Below, one piece after another: positions 43,217-55,196 of a DNA stretch of 64,000 nt; within the stretch, counting starts at the first letter, position 1, and each line of letters starts with the position of its first letter. Source of the stretch: Candidatus Methanomethylophilaceae archaeon. GTDB lineage: Archaea > Thermoplasmatota > Thermoplasmata > Methanomassiliicoccales > Methanomethylophilaceae. A program made the translations under genes and the position numbers. The stretch is taken from positions 32,001-96,000 of the forward strand of contig CALUHR010000003.1 in NCBI GenBank assembly GCA_944320495.1, in the 5' to 3' direction. The notes below the pieces were generated by a model. It did not search any database. It worked only from the letters and a program-made list of their open reading frames with translations, and had not been told where the DNA came from.

Positions 43217-46200
43217 TCGGCGTCCGCTGCCTACCGCCTCCAATCCGCCTTCTAGATCCGGAAGGATCGTGATGGTCAGTCCCGTCCCGTCATGGAACAC
43301 TGTGAACTGCCCAGTTCCCGCCCCTTCCACTTTAAGAGTCTTGGAGTCCGCATCGTAGGATACCAGATGCGTATCGCTCCATGTGAACACATGGACCTGG
43401 AATCCGGGAACCCCGAGATCGACAACCACACCCTGCGCGAACTGCGACTGGGTGGCCGTCACGCTTATGACTTCGGGAACCCCCGCTTCGCCCGTGAGCC
43501 GCGGCATCGCATAGTATGTTATGGTCTGGGAATCACCAGCCTCGATGGAATCGACCACGGCATAGACGCCGTCGGACATCTCCATCCAGACCTGGGAGTC
43601 CCCCACAACCAGGACACTCGCATTGTCGCAGTGCGGTGCTTTCTTTTCCGAGATAATGGTCCATCTCTCACTGTCGAAGAGTGAACCGTCCAGAGAACGG
43701 TACTCTATGGTGTAGGCTATCAGGTCGAGATGCACCGTGCCCTCGAACCTGTCGGACGTCAGCGGGATGCTGATCGTTCCGGTCTCGAATCCTTCCAGAC
43801 CCACCGTGAGCTGGGTGCTGTTGTACGCATCCGTCGGCACCTGTGCGGTGAAGATCATACGAGCGTCGGAGATAGTGCCGTCGACAATCGTGACAGTCGA
43901 GGAGGATCCGAGGCTGAAGTCAAACCTTATCGACATCCCCGTGAGCCTGGATACCATCTCCTCATCCAGCTCGTTCTCGCTCTCATCGCGGAATACCACG
44001 ATGATTGACACCTCTGTGCTCTGGAGCGTCGCGATGAGCTCCACATCCACCGTTCCGAGGACAAGATACACCATTGAGGAACCTGTCATGGTTCCGGCAT
44101 CGGTGCCGACCTGGGAGGTGGACATGGTGTATGCATCCTCAGTGACAACGGTCAGGATGTACCCCTCGAAGAGAACATCCCCTTCTTGGGCTTCGACCGC
44201 TCCGCTCTCGTTTCCGGATACATCCACGGATGCGACATTCACTGATGATATCCCTTCCCCGATGTCCTTGAGCTCCACCTGCCGGTAGACGGAGAACGTT
44301 AGCTCCACATCCTCCTGGACATCGAGATTCAGTGTCACACTCACGGTCACCCTCCCGCCAATGCTCCCACTATCCGAATCAGTGAGCATCCTCTCGCCCA
44401 TCCACATCGCGTAGCGGTAGCCTGTGGGAAGACTGACTGAGATCGTGATCGATCCAGAGTCAACGACGGCACCCTTCGAATCAGGATTGTTGCCGGTAAA
44501 CGATATGCTTCCGAAACTCCCGAATGAGATCGTCGCTGAGCCATCGCCGAGACCGCTGGAAAGGCCATCGTCCCCGGTGTAACCTACGGTGACGGTGACC
44601 CCAGTCCTGAGATGGATCTCCAGCTCCAGGGTCCCCTCACCATCGTCACCGGCATTCGGCACTACAAACGCCATCTCCATCCCGGGGACCCCGCTGATGG
44701 CTACGCTGTTGTCTCCATAGGAACAGACAGCGGATGAGATCCTGTAGCCATCATCAGCGGTCACGACGACCCTGAGCCCGAACGCCACGCTCAGTGTGGC
44801 ATTCCAGGAACCCGAGCTCGGAGTCCAAGATATCTCCTCTGTGGACCAGAGCCCCTCGAACGAGAGCACTGAACTGGGGTCGCCACCCTCGACGATGACT
44901 TTCATTGTGTACTCGTTCGGCTCCCAAGGCACGTACAGTGTGGTGTCGGTGTACAGGACTGTATCGTCGAAAGAGAATTCGTCTGCATCCGTGAATCCCC
45001 CAACAGGTGCTGAGGAACTCAGGGTCCAGTACTTTCCTGCGAGATGATACCCGGGATATGCCGTGGCGGCCGTGCCGTCCCAGGGTATGACCAGTCCCTC
45101 CCCTTCATCTCCCGGTTCGCCGATGCCGTTGGCCTTCAGCGTGGTCCCGGGTCTGATGTAGACGCTGGTGGTCTCTAGATGGACGTACTGTCCGACGAAA
45201 GAGACCTTGATGCCGAACTTGGCGGTGAGGGTCAGTGACTCCTTGAGCTCGGACGTCATGTTGTACTTCAGAGTCTCGCTGACGTACCAGCCGTCGAGAC
45301 TTTTGAAATATGTGAAGATCGACCCATCTTTCAAGGTTTCGTCGGGGATTAGCGTCAGGAGCCATCCCATCATCTCCCCGATGGTCCCGGTGACCTGCTG
45401 ACCGTCCCTCATGTATGTAATGGTCTCGCTCTCGAGGATGCCTCCGAAGGGGATCTTGATGGATTCCGAGGGGGAATCTGACCATACGAAGGTGTAGATT
45501 CCAGTACTCTGATCCATGGTCACTTCGAGACCGTGTACTTCCCCGTCGATGTCCTTGTATTGAAGGGCCAGGTCCACGGGCTTGGCCTCTTGGAAATGAA
45601 CCGTGACACGATAGTTCACAGTCTCACTACCAGCGGTAGCAACCACGGTGAACACTGTGGACTGCATCTCGCCATCGCCGGAATAGAATATCCTCATTAC
45701 CGAGTCCTTGACACCGCCCTCTCCGAACTCCTTACCTTTGGCATCGGAACCGTTGAGGCCGTCGCTCATGTACTGCGATGCCACCCAGCCCTTGCTGGAC
45801 AGATACGTGGTGTCCGCGAACAGCGTCAGATCCCCGTCGACATCGCTCGTAATCGTGTAGGAGTGCCTGTTTCCGAGGGAGGGGAATAGGACATACCCGG
45901 TACCAGTGCAACGTCCGCCCGACACGGTGGTCATTATGGTGACAGACAGATCGATCGTTTCCGGTACGCTCCTGGGGAGGACGTTGAGCGTGACCTCGAC
46001 ATCGACGAAGTTCACGGGCAGATAGCTTACACTCCCGTTTAGCGTATACGGGATTACCTCCGCCAGGTGCAGAGTGATCACCCCTACGTTCCCCGTCGTC
46101 CCGAAGACGGTCGTTTGATTCATACCGAGATATGAGTTCGATATCAGGGAAGCATCGACGCGTATGGCGAAGTCGTTGGCATTTCCTACTTCTTCGTATG

Positions 46201-49200
46201 CCGAATCACCGCTGAAATAGTACCTCTGGAGCGAATCCCTGCCGGATCCGCTCACATATTCGTGGGTCTTTACGGCGACCTGCTTGGTATTATCCCCGGC
46301 ATCGGATCCGCTGATGGTCATGCTGAAGAAGTCCGAAACGCCAATATCATCAACCGGATTGAATCCGTCTGCCCTCACGTAGCTGTTGTAATCACCCTCT
46401 GTCAGGATATAGAACCCGTTCTGGACAGTGGGATTCGCATATGCCGCTGCGTACGCCAGCATAGAGCCGTTGGACATGTGCGGAAGGATCGCGGTGCCGG
46501 TGGCGCTCCAGTTCTGGGACCCGTCATCCGATGTCGTCCCGAAGTTCAGGACCATCCCCACGCTTACATGCCCCGAGATATACCAGGTCTTGGTCTGGCT
46601 GTTGCCGGTTCCATATATGTAGCTAGCAGGGGAAAGTCTCCCACTATCATCCCTGATGACAAAGCCTGACTCCTCGTCAGTGTACATTGATCCCACAGCA
46701 AAGGCTCCGTAATAGGTATCGCCGGCGGCCCTCGATATGATCGTGTATCCTTTGATGAGTCCTATCCCGTCATCTTTGTTATTCGGACCGATGTCGTCGG
46801 GACCGAGGATGTAGAGCATCCTCCCATCGCGCAGGACGATCTCGTTACCGGTCCCATCCTCATATCCTGTCGTATAGTCCCCGGACTGGGCCAGGTTTCC
46901 GTCGATGTAGCTCTCGTAGCTCTGGATGCCCGATGTCTGAGCCCTCAGATCCAAGACTGTCCCGCCGCCCAGGACGAGCTTCTTCGTGATGCTGTTGATG
47001 GAGACGCTGATGGAAAGGCCCGTGGACGTTCCGTCAGCTGATCCTTCCACGACGATACTGGCATTCTCTATCAGAAGCTCGTTAGCACGCTGGATGGACT
47101 GGATGAAATATTCGCAATCCTGATCGTAATCATGGATGCTGATGGTCGACGTGCCGCCTATCGCACTGTAGTTCCCCTGCCCGAAGATATCGCCGTAGAT
47201 GCTGATCTTCGGAACATCCGATACATCGCTGGGACCTGGCATCACATATCCTGCGAAACCGATGGATGGAACGGGACCGCCGGAAATCTCGATCGTAACA
47301 TCCCCCATCAGCAGCTCGCTGCCCTCCTGGAACGCGGCCTCGCCAGGGGAGTTGAGGTTACCTCCGCCGTAGATGCTGTTGATCCTGAGGTCGTATCCCG
47401 AAACACCGTTGTAGACGGTCAAATACGGAACCGCACCCTCGGCCTCGACGGCGCAAGAGCCCACGAGGATTGTGGCATCCATCAGGGAATGACCCATGAA
47501 GCCCCCTCCATAGACGCCCTGCATGACGACACCGGCCAGGAGACGGATGCTGACGCTACCGACGGCATTTTTGGATTGGTTGCCATCGTAGTCTTGGGGG
47601 GCATCGTGGCCGAGCCTGCTTCCCCCATAGACGCTACCGTTTATCGTAGCACCGTTGATGACCAGCGTCCTCTCGCCGTTCGACATTATGGACTTCGCAT
47701 CGGAGGCCTCGGGCTCATCATCCGGCACTACACCGTAGCCACCGCCGTAGACGTCGCCGTTGACTGTGGAGCCTCCTCCGATGCTGATGCACACCGATTC
47801 TGCTTCGGTGTACGCAGCCGCTCCTCCTCCGAACACCGCATACTGGGTGCTCGTCTCGCCGACATTCGATGCGAACACCGAGACGGAGATGCTATCCACA
47901 TCCACCTTTGCGATATCTGGTTGACCTGTGACCCCTTTACCTCCGCCGAAGATCGCCCCAAGAACTTTGGCTGGATTCGCGGTGGAACCAGTCACGATGA
48001 CGGAGATCGAGGGCCCGGAGACCAGACCGAGTGCCCCTCCCCCATAGACGGATTCTTCGACCGTGCCGCCGGAGATGGTGACGGACGTGCCACCGGTGAC
48101 CATCGCGACATCCTTGCTGGTGTCTCCATCGACTCCCATGCCTCCGCCGTAGACGGATTCTTCGACCGTGCCGCCGGAGATGGTGACGGACGTGCCGCCG
48201 AAGACAGAGGCCACATCTGATGTGCCCTTGCCGTTGTATACGACGCCTTCACCTCCTCCGTATATTGAACCCACGACAGTCCCATCTTGCATGATGATGC
48301 TCGTGGTCCCGTAGACATAGGCTTTTCCTGTAGGATCGTCTTTTGTTTCTGCATATTCAGCTTCACTGAGCGGATCTGCCCCTCCGCTACCGCCGCCGAA
48401 AACCGATCCTGTGATCTTTCCCCCGAGGATATTGACAGTGGTGGACCCCTGTTCGTCAGTATAGACGGTTCCCACGGTTCCTCTGAACCCTCCCCCATAT
48501 ACCGAGCCGTTCACAACCGCCGATTCCTTGATTGTCACATCAGTGTACCTGACTCCAGGCCCTTTCGTACTTGCAAAGGTGTCCCAACCACCTCCAAGCA
48601 CATCTCCCGGATATTCTGATGTCCCCACCTTTGCGGAGCCACCGATGACGACATTTGCCGTCACCACCGGGAACTCATCTGATGGGTTGCCGTCGGTCAC
48701 CGCGCCGCAGACCATGTACACGACGTACGAATCCCCGGCTACTGTGACGTTGGCAGTGTCCACGTGAGATGACTGGCCTGACCTCCCTCCACCCTGGACT
48801 GCGAACACCTTGGCTTTGCCGACGATATCGACATTGCTCGTAACGACTTCACCAAGACGAGAGCCGCCGACGACCGTCTGATAGACGGAGTTCGTAATCG
48901 AATGGATGTTCCCATCCCAGATGCTTCCTCCGGCGATGAGAACGTTGGTCTCCGACAGCTTCGACTTATTACTCTGGACCCCGTGCCCCCCATAGACGGA
49001 ATCCGTCACCGTCCCGCCGAGGATCTTCACGGATGTTGTGGCTTCAGCGGAGCTGGATCCGGATGAACCACCCATTATTGTCTGATAATTGCCACTGAAG
49101 ATGACTATGTCGGATGAAGTTCCACTGGAGGAGAGTCCGCTTACCTGCACACCTTTACTGGAATCTGAGATCCCCGTGCCCAGTATGACGGACTTACTGT

Positions 49201-50176
49201 TCCCACGGATACCTTCATCTTGATTTCCGTGAGCGTTTGCAGATGCTTCCTTTCCGTCAATACGGACATTATCGATGATACAATCCGCTTGGATGTCCCA
49301 GGTGGAGTTAAAATTCAGAGTCTTTAGAGAACCATTCTTGCTGTCGCTGTCTGAGACGTAGCTCCTGATCGTGACGGTCTTGTTTATCGTGCTTACGGCG
49401 ATGTTCCGACTCTCATTATCATCGAAATACAGAAGGATGATGCTGCGATATTTTGCCTGGGGACCATCAACAATTGATATTCCTTCATTCCACCACCCAT
49501 CAAAGACACTATCTTCACAACCATTCAGCGCATAGTCCAATGTCGTCGGTTCAGACCGCGTTCCATCGTCTCTTTCCCGATGGACCAGCGAACTATTTCC
49601 GTTATCATCGTCATCATGCCCATCAACATAGCGGACATCGTAAAGTGTGTCCCACTGAGCTGTGAGTGTCAGAGTCTTATTATTCCAAAGCCCAGCATAC
49701 TCTGATGATAGGAGATCCGTTCCCGGATCGACGACATAGTCAGTTCCCGAGACCTTCCATCCGACGAACACAATCGTCTGTTTTTTCACATAGTCTTCTA
49801 TGATATACCAATCTTCCACGGTATTCGCATAACCGGCTCCCGTGACGACGGTCGCATGCTCATCTATGCTACTAGAATAACCAGAAGAGGCCGTACTCCA
49901 GAACTGCGGGTTGTATTCGGCCACAGCATAGCCGTCGTACTTCACCTTCACATTCTGATAGCCTGTGCTGTCCGGGTCACTGTTGTTCCCTGTAGGCAGG
50001 CCTTTTACTGTGCCCGGCTCATACACGACATAGTAGTCATCATCGGTGAAGTCCGTATCATCCGGATCTGCCGAATACAGGACGGTGATGCACGATAGCA
50101 GCATGAGGGCTACAGCTAGGATCGCGAAGGCTCTGACAGAGTGCTTATGACTTCCTCCACTCGTCCTCGCAAACAG
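43217..50176 (-). CDS. Giant Gly/Ser/Thr-rich secreted adhesin-like protein (about 2300 aa) with repeated (V/I)(Y/F)GGG motifs
   Basis: Open frame 50104-43190; the upstream in-frame HKHSVRAFAILAVAL extends the signal peptide, so a CTG start at 50176 after GGAGGG is possible. First CGA at 43219-17 (GSGR-CGA). More A/T-ending codons than flanking genes. Confidence 0.75.
48045..48196. repeat. 47-bp exact direct repeat pair, 105 bp apart, inside the giant adhesin gene
   Basis: 48045-48091 equals 48150-48196; encodes (G)GTSVTISGGTVEESVY(GGG) twice. Confidence 0.85.
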
Positions 50177-50780
50177 GGAAATCCCCTCCCTCCCCCCCCA
50201 GCGAAAGCCGGGAACGACCCATAGTGCATGTCTGAATCGCCATTGGATGCTCCTTCATACCTGGTCTAGGAAACATATTCTGTGGAACATGTTCATAGCT
50301 TGATTTTCCACTCCACTATATTATAATATTTACGCTATTGTGTACTATGGAGAATACAAATTGTACCAAATGTACGGAACGAAGTGAAATTAAAACGCCG
50401 TTAAGTCCGAGTTCGGTGTTAACTCGAGATTTCGACGAAACTGCATAATGCATGGTCTGAGAACCGAATATCCTATTCCTTAACGCGAAAAACCAGGGCG
50501 GAAACGGCCGCTTTTCTTCCGAAACCCCCGTTCCGATGCGGAGATCCCCCAATGTTCCGACCCCTTAGTAACACCCGGATCGCCCGATCCGCCGCGGACG
50601 CTGGCCTTCATCCGCAATCCTACCATCGGGTGCGTTGGTTATGTCAATCCGCAAAACATACAATTTATTCCATTCATAGTTTCACATTTCATACGTATTT
50701 TTCATACGAATAATAAGTATTAACAACGTGAGATTTCCATAAAAAACTAGTTATTTAACCTCAGATTAACATTCATCATT

Positions 50781-52127
50781 ATGCTGAGAAGGAAGATTGA
50801 CACGGAGCTCTACCGCTGGCGCGGCTCCCACGGCCACGGACCGCTCATCATAGCCGGCGCAAGGCGCGTCGGCAAGACCACCACCGTCCGCGAGCTCGGG
50901 AAGCTCTACGAGCACTTCGTGGAGCTCGACCTCGAGCGTTACGCCAACCACCGCGCCATGCTCGCCGACTCCCCCGACCCCCAGACCCTCGTGAACAGGA
51001 TCAGGGACGAGTACGGCAGGGACTCCGTCGTGAAGGACAGGACCCTGATACTCCTGGACGAGATCCTCGCCTGCCCCGGCGTGTGGGCCACCCTGGAGAA
51101 GCTGGTCGGCTTCCGCGACTGCGACGTCATCGCCACCGCGTCCCTCCCCGGGATGGTCCGCCACCGCGTCCCCGACGGGATCGGCTACATGGAGATGGGG
51201 CCCCTCGATTTCGAGGAGTACCTCTGGGCCCGCGGGATCTCCGAGGCCATAATCGCCGACGGCGTCTGGAGGATCCGCGCCCGCAGGCCACTGGACGACG
51301 AGCAGATGGCCAACGCCGGGATGAGGATGCGCGAGTACATCGCCGTCGGCGGGATGCCTCAGGCGGTGAACGAGTACATCGCGACGAACAGCATCGACGA
51401 GGTGCACCGCGTGCACGGGGAGCTCATCACCGTCTTCAGGGGGATCGCCGGCATCTACGCCGACCCGGGCATCAGGGAGAGGCTCTACGAGTGCTACGAG
51501 TCCATCCCCGAGCAGCTCGCCGAGGGGAACGGGAGGTTCTTCTTCTCCAAGATCAGGACGCACGACGGCAGGAAGACGTCCTACGGCGCCAGGGAGTACG
51601 GCCCCGCCATCAGATGGCTCACGGACAGCGGCTTCTGCATCCGCTGCGACGTGACCGACGACACGTCCACCGACGGCTCCGGGGAACTGTTCAAGCTCTA
51701 CATCGCCGACTCCGGGGTGCTCAACTCCATATACCCCAGGACCGCCATGCGCGACATCCTGGACCCGTCCTCCCCCGTGAGCGAGACCCCCGGCGCCGAG
51801 AACATGCTCGCCTGCATGGTCGCGAGGTTCGGCGACGGGATGCTCCGCTACCGCAGGAGGTCCACCGAGGTGGACTTCCTCACCTACCGCGGTAACGACC
51901 TCGTGGGCATAGACATCAGGTCCGGGAACAACCCCAAGTCCAAGGCCCTGGAGACCCTGCTCTCCGGAGGGAGGATAGACCGCGCCGTGAGGTTCTGGGA
52001 CGGCAACCTGTCCATCGGAACAAACGGTGTGGAGAGGTACCCCCTGTTCTCGGCCGGGTTCCTGGACACCATCCTGGGCCCGGTGCCGGTGGCGGATTCG
52101 CGGCGGGGGGGGGGGCCCGGCGCCTGA
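50781..52127 (+). CDS. AAA_14/DUF4143-type ATP-binding protein
   Basis: GARRVGKTT, ILLDEI, MGPLDFEEYL, YIAVGGMPQAV, FKLYIADSG, EVDFL, IDIRSG. Confidence 0.88.
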   Translation: MLRRKIDTELYRWRGSHGHGPLIIAGARRVGKTTTVRELGKLYEHFVELDLERYANHRAMLADSPDPQTLVNRIRDEYGRDSVVKDRTLILLDEILACPGVWATLEKLVGFRDCDVIATASLPGMVRHRVPDGIGYMEMGPLDFEEYLWARGISEAIIADGVWRIRARRPLDDEQMANAGMRMREYIAVGGMPQAVNEYIATNSIDEVHRVHGELITVFRGIAGIYADPGIRERLYECYESIPEQLAEGNGRFFFSKIRTHDGRKTSYGAREYGPAIRWLTDSGFCIRCDVTDDTSTDGSGELFKLYIADSGVLNSIYPRTAMRDILDPSSPVSETPGAENMLACMVARFGDGMLRYRRRSTEVDFLTYRGNDLVGIDIRSGNNPKSKALETLLSGGRIDRAVRFWDGNLSIGTNGVERYPLFSAGFLDTILGPVPVADSRRGGGPGA

Positions 52128-52396
52128 GGCGCGACCGCCCGCCCGTGCGATGCTATCGATCCCAATGTGCCAGCATGGCCGTTCCGTACCTCTGAGGACG
52201 GGCGGAGGAGCCGCCCGGACCCCGTCAACCGCCGGAGGATGCTGGCACCCTTCCCGCCATCCTCCTGCCCCTCCCGGACATGTGAGTCCCGAATGCATCC
52301 AGAATGCCGCCCCTCCGCGACGTCTGGGTCTTTCCTTATCCCGACCTGAGGAAGGACTTTGTTTTTATATCCGAAAGGTATCGACCGCCGATTAGC

Positions 52397-53809
52397 TTGC
52401 TGCGCATCCACAACACCCTCACCGACTCGGTGGAGGAGTTCAGTCCAATCGTTCCCGGTAAGGTCTCCATGTACGTCTGCGGCGTCACCGTCTACGACGA
52501 CATCCACATGGGCCATGCCAGGAGCATCATCGTGTTCGACGCCGTCGCCCGCTACCTGCGCTACCTGGGGTACGACGTCACCCACGTCACCAACTTCACC
52601 GACGTGGACGACAAGATCATCCGCCGCTCGGCGGAGGAGGGCGTGGAGCCCCTCGAGCTCTCCGCCCGCTACATCAAGCGCTACTTCGAGGACGTCTCCA
52701 GGCTCGGCGTCGTCCCCGCCACCATGTACCCCAAGGCCAGCGAGAGCATCGGCGACATCATCTCCATGATCGAGGAGATCATCGCCAACGGCTTCGGCTA
52801 CGCCGCCGCCGACGGCAGCGTCTACTTCGACGTCTCCAAGGTCGAGAACTACGGCAGGCTCACCAACCAGACCGTCGACCAGCTGCAGTCCTCCGGCAGG
52901 ATCGCCGACGACCCCAACAAGCGCGGCCCCCTGGACTTCGCCCTTTGGAAAGCGGCCAAGCCCGGCGAGATCTCCTGGGACTCCCCATGGGGCCCAGGAC
53001 GCCCGGGATGGCACATCGAGTGCTCCGCCATGATCAGGAGCTGCATGGGCGAGCAGATCGACATCCACGGCGGAGGGAACGACCTCATCTTCCCGCACCA
53101 CGAGGACGAGATCCTTCAGACAGAGGCGGTCACAGGCAAGCCCCTGGCCAACTACTGGATGCACAACGGCATGCTCCAGGTCAAGGGCCACGGCATGTCC
53201 AAGGAGGAGAAGATGTCCAAGTCCCTGGGCAACTTCTTCACCGTCCGCGACGTCCTGCAGAAGTTCGACGGGCGCACCGTCCGCTTCTACTTCCTCAACA
53301 CCCACTACATGAGCCCCCTCGTCTACGGCGAGGACATGCTCGCCGAGGCGGACGCGGCGAGGGGACGCCTCGTCAACAACTACCGCGAGCTCCAGTCCTA
53401 CGCGAAGACCGCGCCGTCCTCCACCGCCGACCCCTCGGCCACCGTGGAGGAGTACCGCGCCAGATTCTGCGCCGCCATGGACGAGGACTTCAACACCCGC
53501 GAGGCCATCGCGGTCATGTTCGAGATGGCCCGCGCCACCAACAAGTCGATGGCCGATGGCACGCTCTCGAGGGAGGAGGCCGAGGCCATGCTGACCCTGA
53601 TCGGCGAGTTCGACTCCATCCTCGGCATCATGCCAGAGGACACGAAGGACGAGGGGCTCGACGAGATCATGGGGATCCTCATTGACTTGAGGAAGGAGCT
53701 CCGCTCCAGGAAGATGTACGACCTGTCGGACCTCATCCGCGACCGCCTCAAGGAGGCCGGCTTCGTGCTCGAGGACTCGGCGGAGGGCGCCAAATGGAAG
53801 AGGGCCTGA
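52397..53809 (+). CDS. cysS: Cysteinyl-tRNA synthetase
   Basis: MYVCGVTVYDDIHMGHAR (HIGH), TDVDDKII, DFALWK, GRPGWHIECS, DIHGGG.DL.FPHH, KMSKS; TTG start. Confidence 0.96.
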   Translation: MLRIHNTLTDSVEEFSPIVPGKVSMYVCGVTVYDDIHMGHARSIIVFDAVARYLRYLGYDVTHVTNFTDVDDKIIRRSAEEGVEPLELSARYIKRYFEDVSRLGVVPATMYPKASESIGDIISMIEEIIANGFGYAAADGSVYFDVSKVENYGRLTNQTVDQLQSSGRIADDPNKRGPLDFALWKAAKPGEISWDSPWGPGRPGWHIECSAMIRSCMGEQIDIHGGGNDLIFPHHEDEILQTEAVTGKPLANYWMHNGMLQVKGHGMSKEEKMSKSLGNFFTVRDVLQKFDGRTVRFYFLNTHYMSPLVYGEDMLAEADAARGRLVNNYRELQSYAKTAPSSTADPSATVEEYRARFCAAMDEDFNTREAIAVMFEMARATNKSMADGTLSREEAEAMLTLIGEFDSILGIMPEDTKDEGLDEIMGILIDLRKELRSRKMYDLSDLIRDRLKEAGFVLEDSAEGAKWKRA

Positions 53810-54819
53810 CCAGGAAGGGCGAGCTCCTCCTCGGAGGCGGGATACGCCTCCCCGAGGGGTTCGTCCTCCCCTGCCGCGTCTCGCAGTCCACCGCGGGACC
53901 GGGAGCCGGGTCGGGTTCGGCAGTCTTCGCATTCGACAGATACAGGGTGAAGAAGACCGTCTCCTACGACGAGGGGGAGTTCGACCTCCGCGTCGTGGAC
54001 GGGGAGATGTCCATCTGGAGGGACGGGACCCTCGTGGTGGACGGCGTGACCATACAGCCGGTAATCCGCCACTGCCCCAACCAGGCGTTCTTCAACCTGG
54101 ACCAGCACTGCATGTACAACTGCGCCTACTGCACCTCCCCCCTCCTGCCGAGGAATCTGGACAAGGGCCTCACCACCGAGAGGATCATGGAGATGCTGGA
54201 GGAGTCCCTCTCGCAGTACAGGTTCAAGACCGTCGCCTTCACCAGCGGGGTCGTCGGGAGCGTGGGGCACACCGTCGACAGGATGGCGGACGCCGTGAGG
54301 GCGGTCCGCGAGACATACCCCAAGATGACCATCGGCGTCGAGCCGTACATCACCGAGCCGGGACAGATCGCCCAGCTCAGGGAGGCCGGTGCCAACGAGA
54401 TCAAGATCAACGTGGAGTGCGCCACCAGGGACATATTCGAACGCGTATGCCCGGACCTCGACTACGACAACACCTTCGCGATGCTCCGCGAGGCGGGCGT
54501 CCATTTCAAGAAGGGGAAGGTCGCATCGAACGTCCTCTACGGACTCGGCGAGACCGACCAGGACATCGACATGACCCTGGAGAGGCTGTGCAGGATGAAC
54601 GTCCTGCCCGGCCTGCGCGCGGTCCGCATCAACGACATGAACAGGGACAGGCTGCTCGCGGCCGGCGTCCCCGACGAGAGGCCCACTGTCCTCAGGGCCC
54701 TCTTCCTCGCAGGCCTCCAGAAGAGCGCGATGAAGCGCCACGGCCTGAATCCCGAGCGTTTCCACAGCATGTGCTTCTCATGCGCATGTTGTGATCTGGT
54801 GCCGTTCGTCGATTTCTGA
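53794..54819 (+). CDS. Uncharacterised radical SAM protein
   Basis: CMYNCAYC (CxxxCxxC); overlaps the cysS end by 16 nt; C-terminal CFSCACC. Confidence 0.85.
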   Translation: MEEGLTRKGELLLGGGIRLPEGFVLPCRVSQSTAGPGAGSGSAVFAFDRYRVKKTVSYDEGEFDLRVVDGEMSIWRDGTLVVDGVTIQPVIRHCPNQAFFNLDQHCMYNCAYCTSPLLPRNLDKGLTTERIMEMLEESLSQYRFKTVAFTSGVVGSVGHTVDRMADAVRAVRETYPKMTIGVEPYITEPGQIAQLREAGANEIKINVECATRDIFERVCPDLDYDNTFAMLREAGVHFKKGKVASNVLYGLGETDQDIDMTLERLCRMNVLPGLRAVRINDMNRDRLLAAGVPDERPTVLRALFLAGLQKSAMKRHGLNPERFHSMCFSCACCDLVPFVDF

Positions 54820-54898
54820 ATCGGACACCGTCCGGAATCATCCCATAACGAAGTGTGGACAGAGGCTCGACTGACCTCTAATGGGCCTGCCTATTCGC

Positions 54899-54908
54899 TT
54901 TTTATAAA
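54899..54908 (+). promoter_or_regulatory. TATA box with no downstream + strand CDS (putative ncRNA promoter)
   Basis: TTTTTATAAA about 22 nt upstream of a hairpin-rich tract. Confidence 0.5.
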
Positions 54909-54929
54909 TGGACCACGATACAAAACGCA

Positions 54930-55075
54930 GACCGCAGGCGGCCGTCTTTGACGGCCTAAGCTGTTTAGTAACCTGTTCGCGAGCAGGTTACCGCAACAGT
55001 TCGACTATCAGCCGAACCGTTTGGAGGACCAGGGACGCGAATTGCAATAGGAGTCCCTGGTCCGGATTCTTCTGA
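54930..55075 (+). ncRNA. Putative structured antisense RNA (ends approximate)
   Basis: Perfect stems GGCCGTC/GACGGCC (54940-56), GTAACCTG/CAGGTTAC (54968-91), GGACCAGGGAC/GTCCCTGGTCC (55026-63), then a pyrimidine tract; antisense to a small ORF. Confidence 0.45.
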
Positions 55076-55080
55076 TTCAG
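54988..55080 (-). CDS. 30-aa hydrophobic peptide, type I toxin-like
   Basis: AGGAGGTGAT RBS (55093-84), 3 nt, CTG start: MNQKNPDQGLLLQFASLVLQTVRLIVELLR-TAA. Confidence 0.5.
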   Translation of the reverse strand: MNQKNPDQGLLLQFASLVLQTVRLIVELLR

Positions 55081-55196
55081 ATTATCACCTCCTCGAAGTT
55101 CCAGATCATCGGGAACCCACCACAGGGAAGCCCCCTGCGGTAGGCTTCCTCCTTGGCCGAATCACATATCCAGCGCTTCCGATTCTTAAACGCCAT
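55077..55196 (-). CDS. 39-aa upstream ORF whose TGA overlaps the CTG of the hydrophobic peptide
   Basis: MAFKNRKRWICDSAKEEAYRRGLPCGGFPMIWNFEEVII; CTGA overlap. Confidence 0.3.
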   Translation of the reverse strand: MAFKNRKRWICDSAKEEAYRRGLPCGGFPMIWNFEEVII

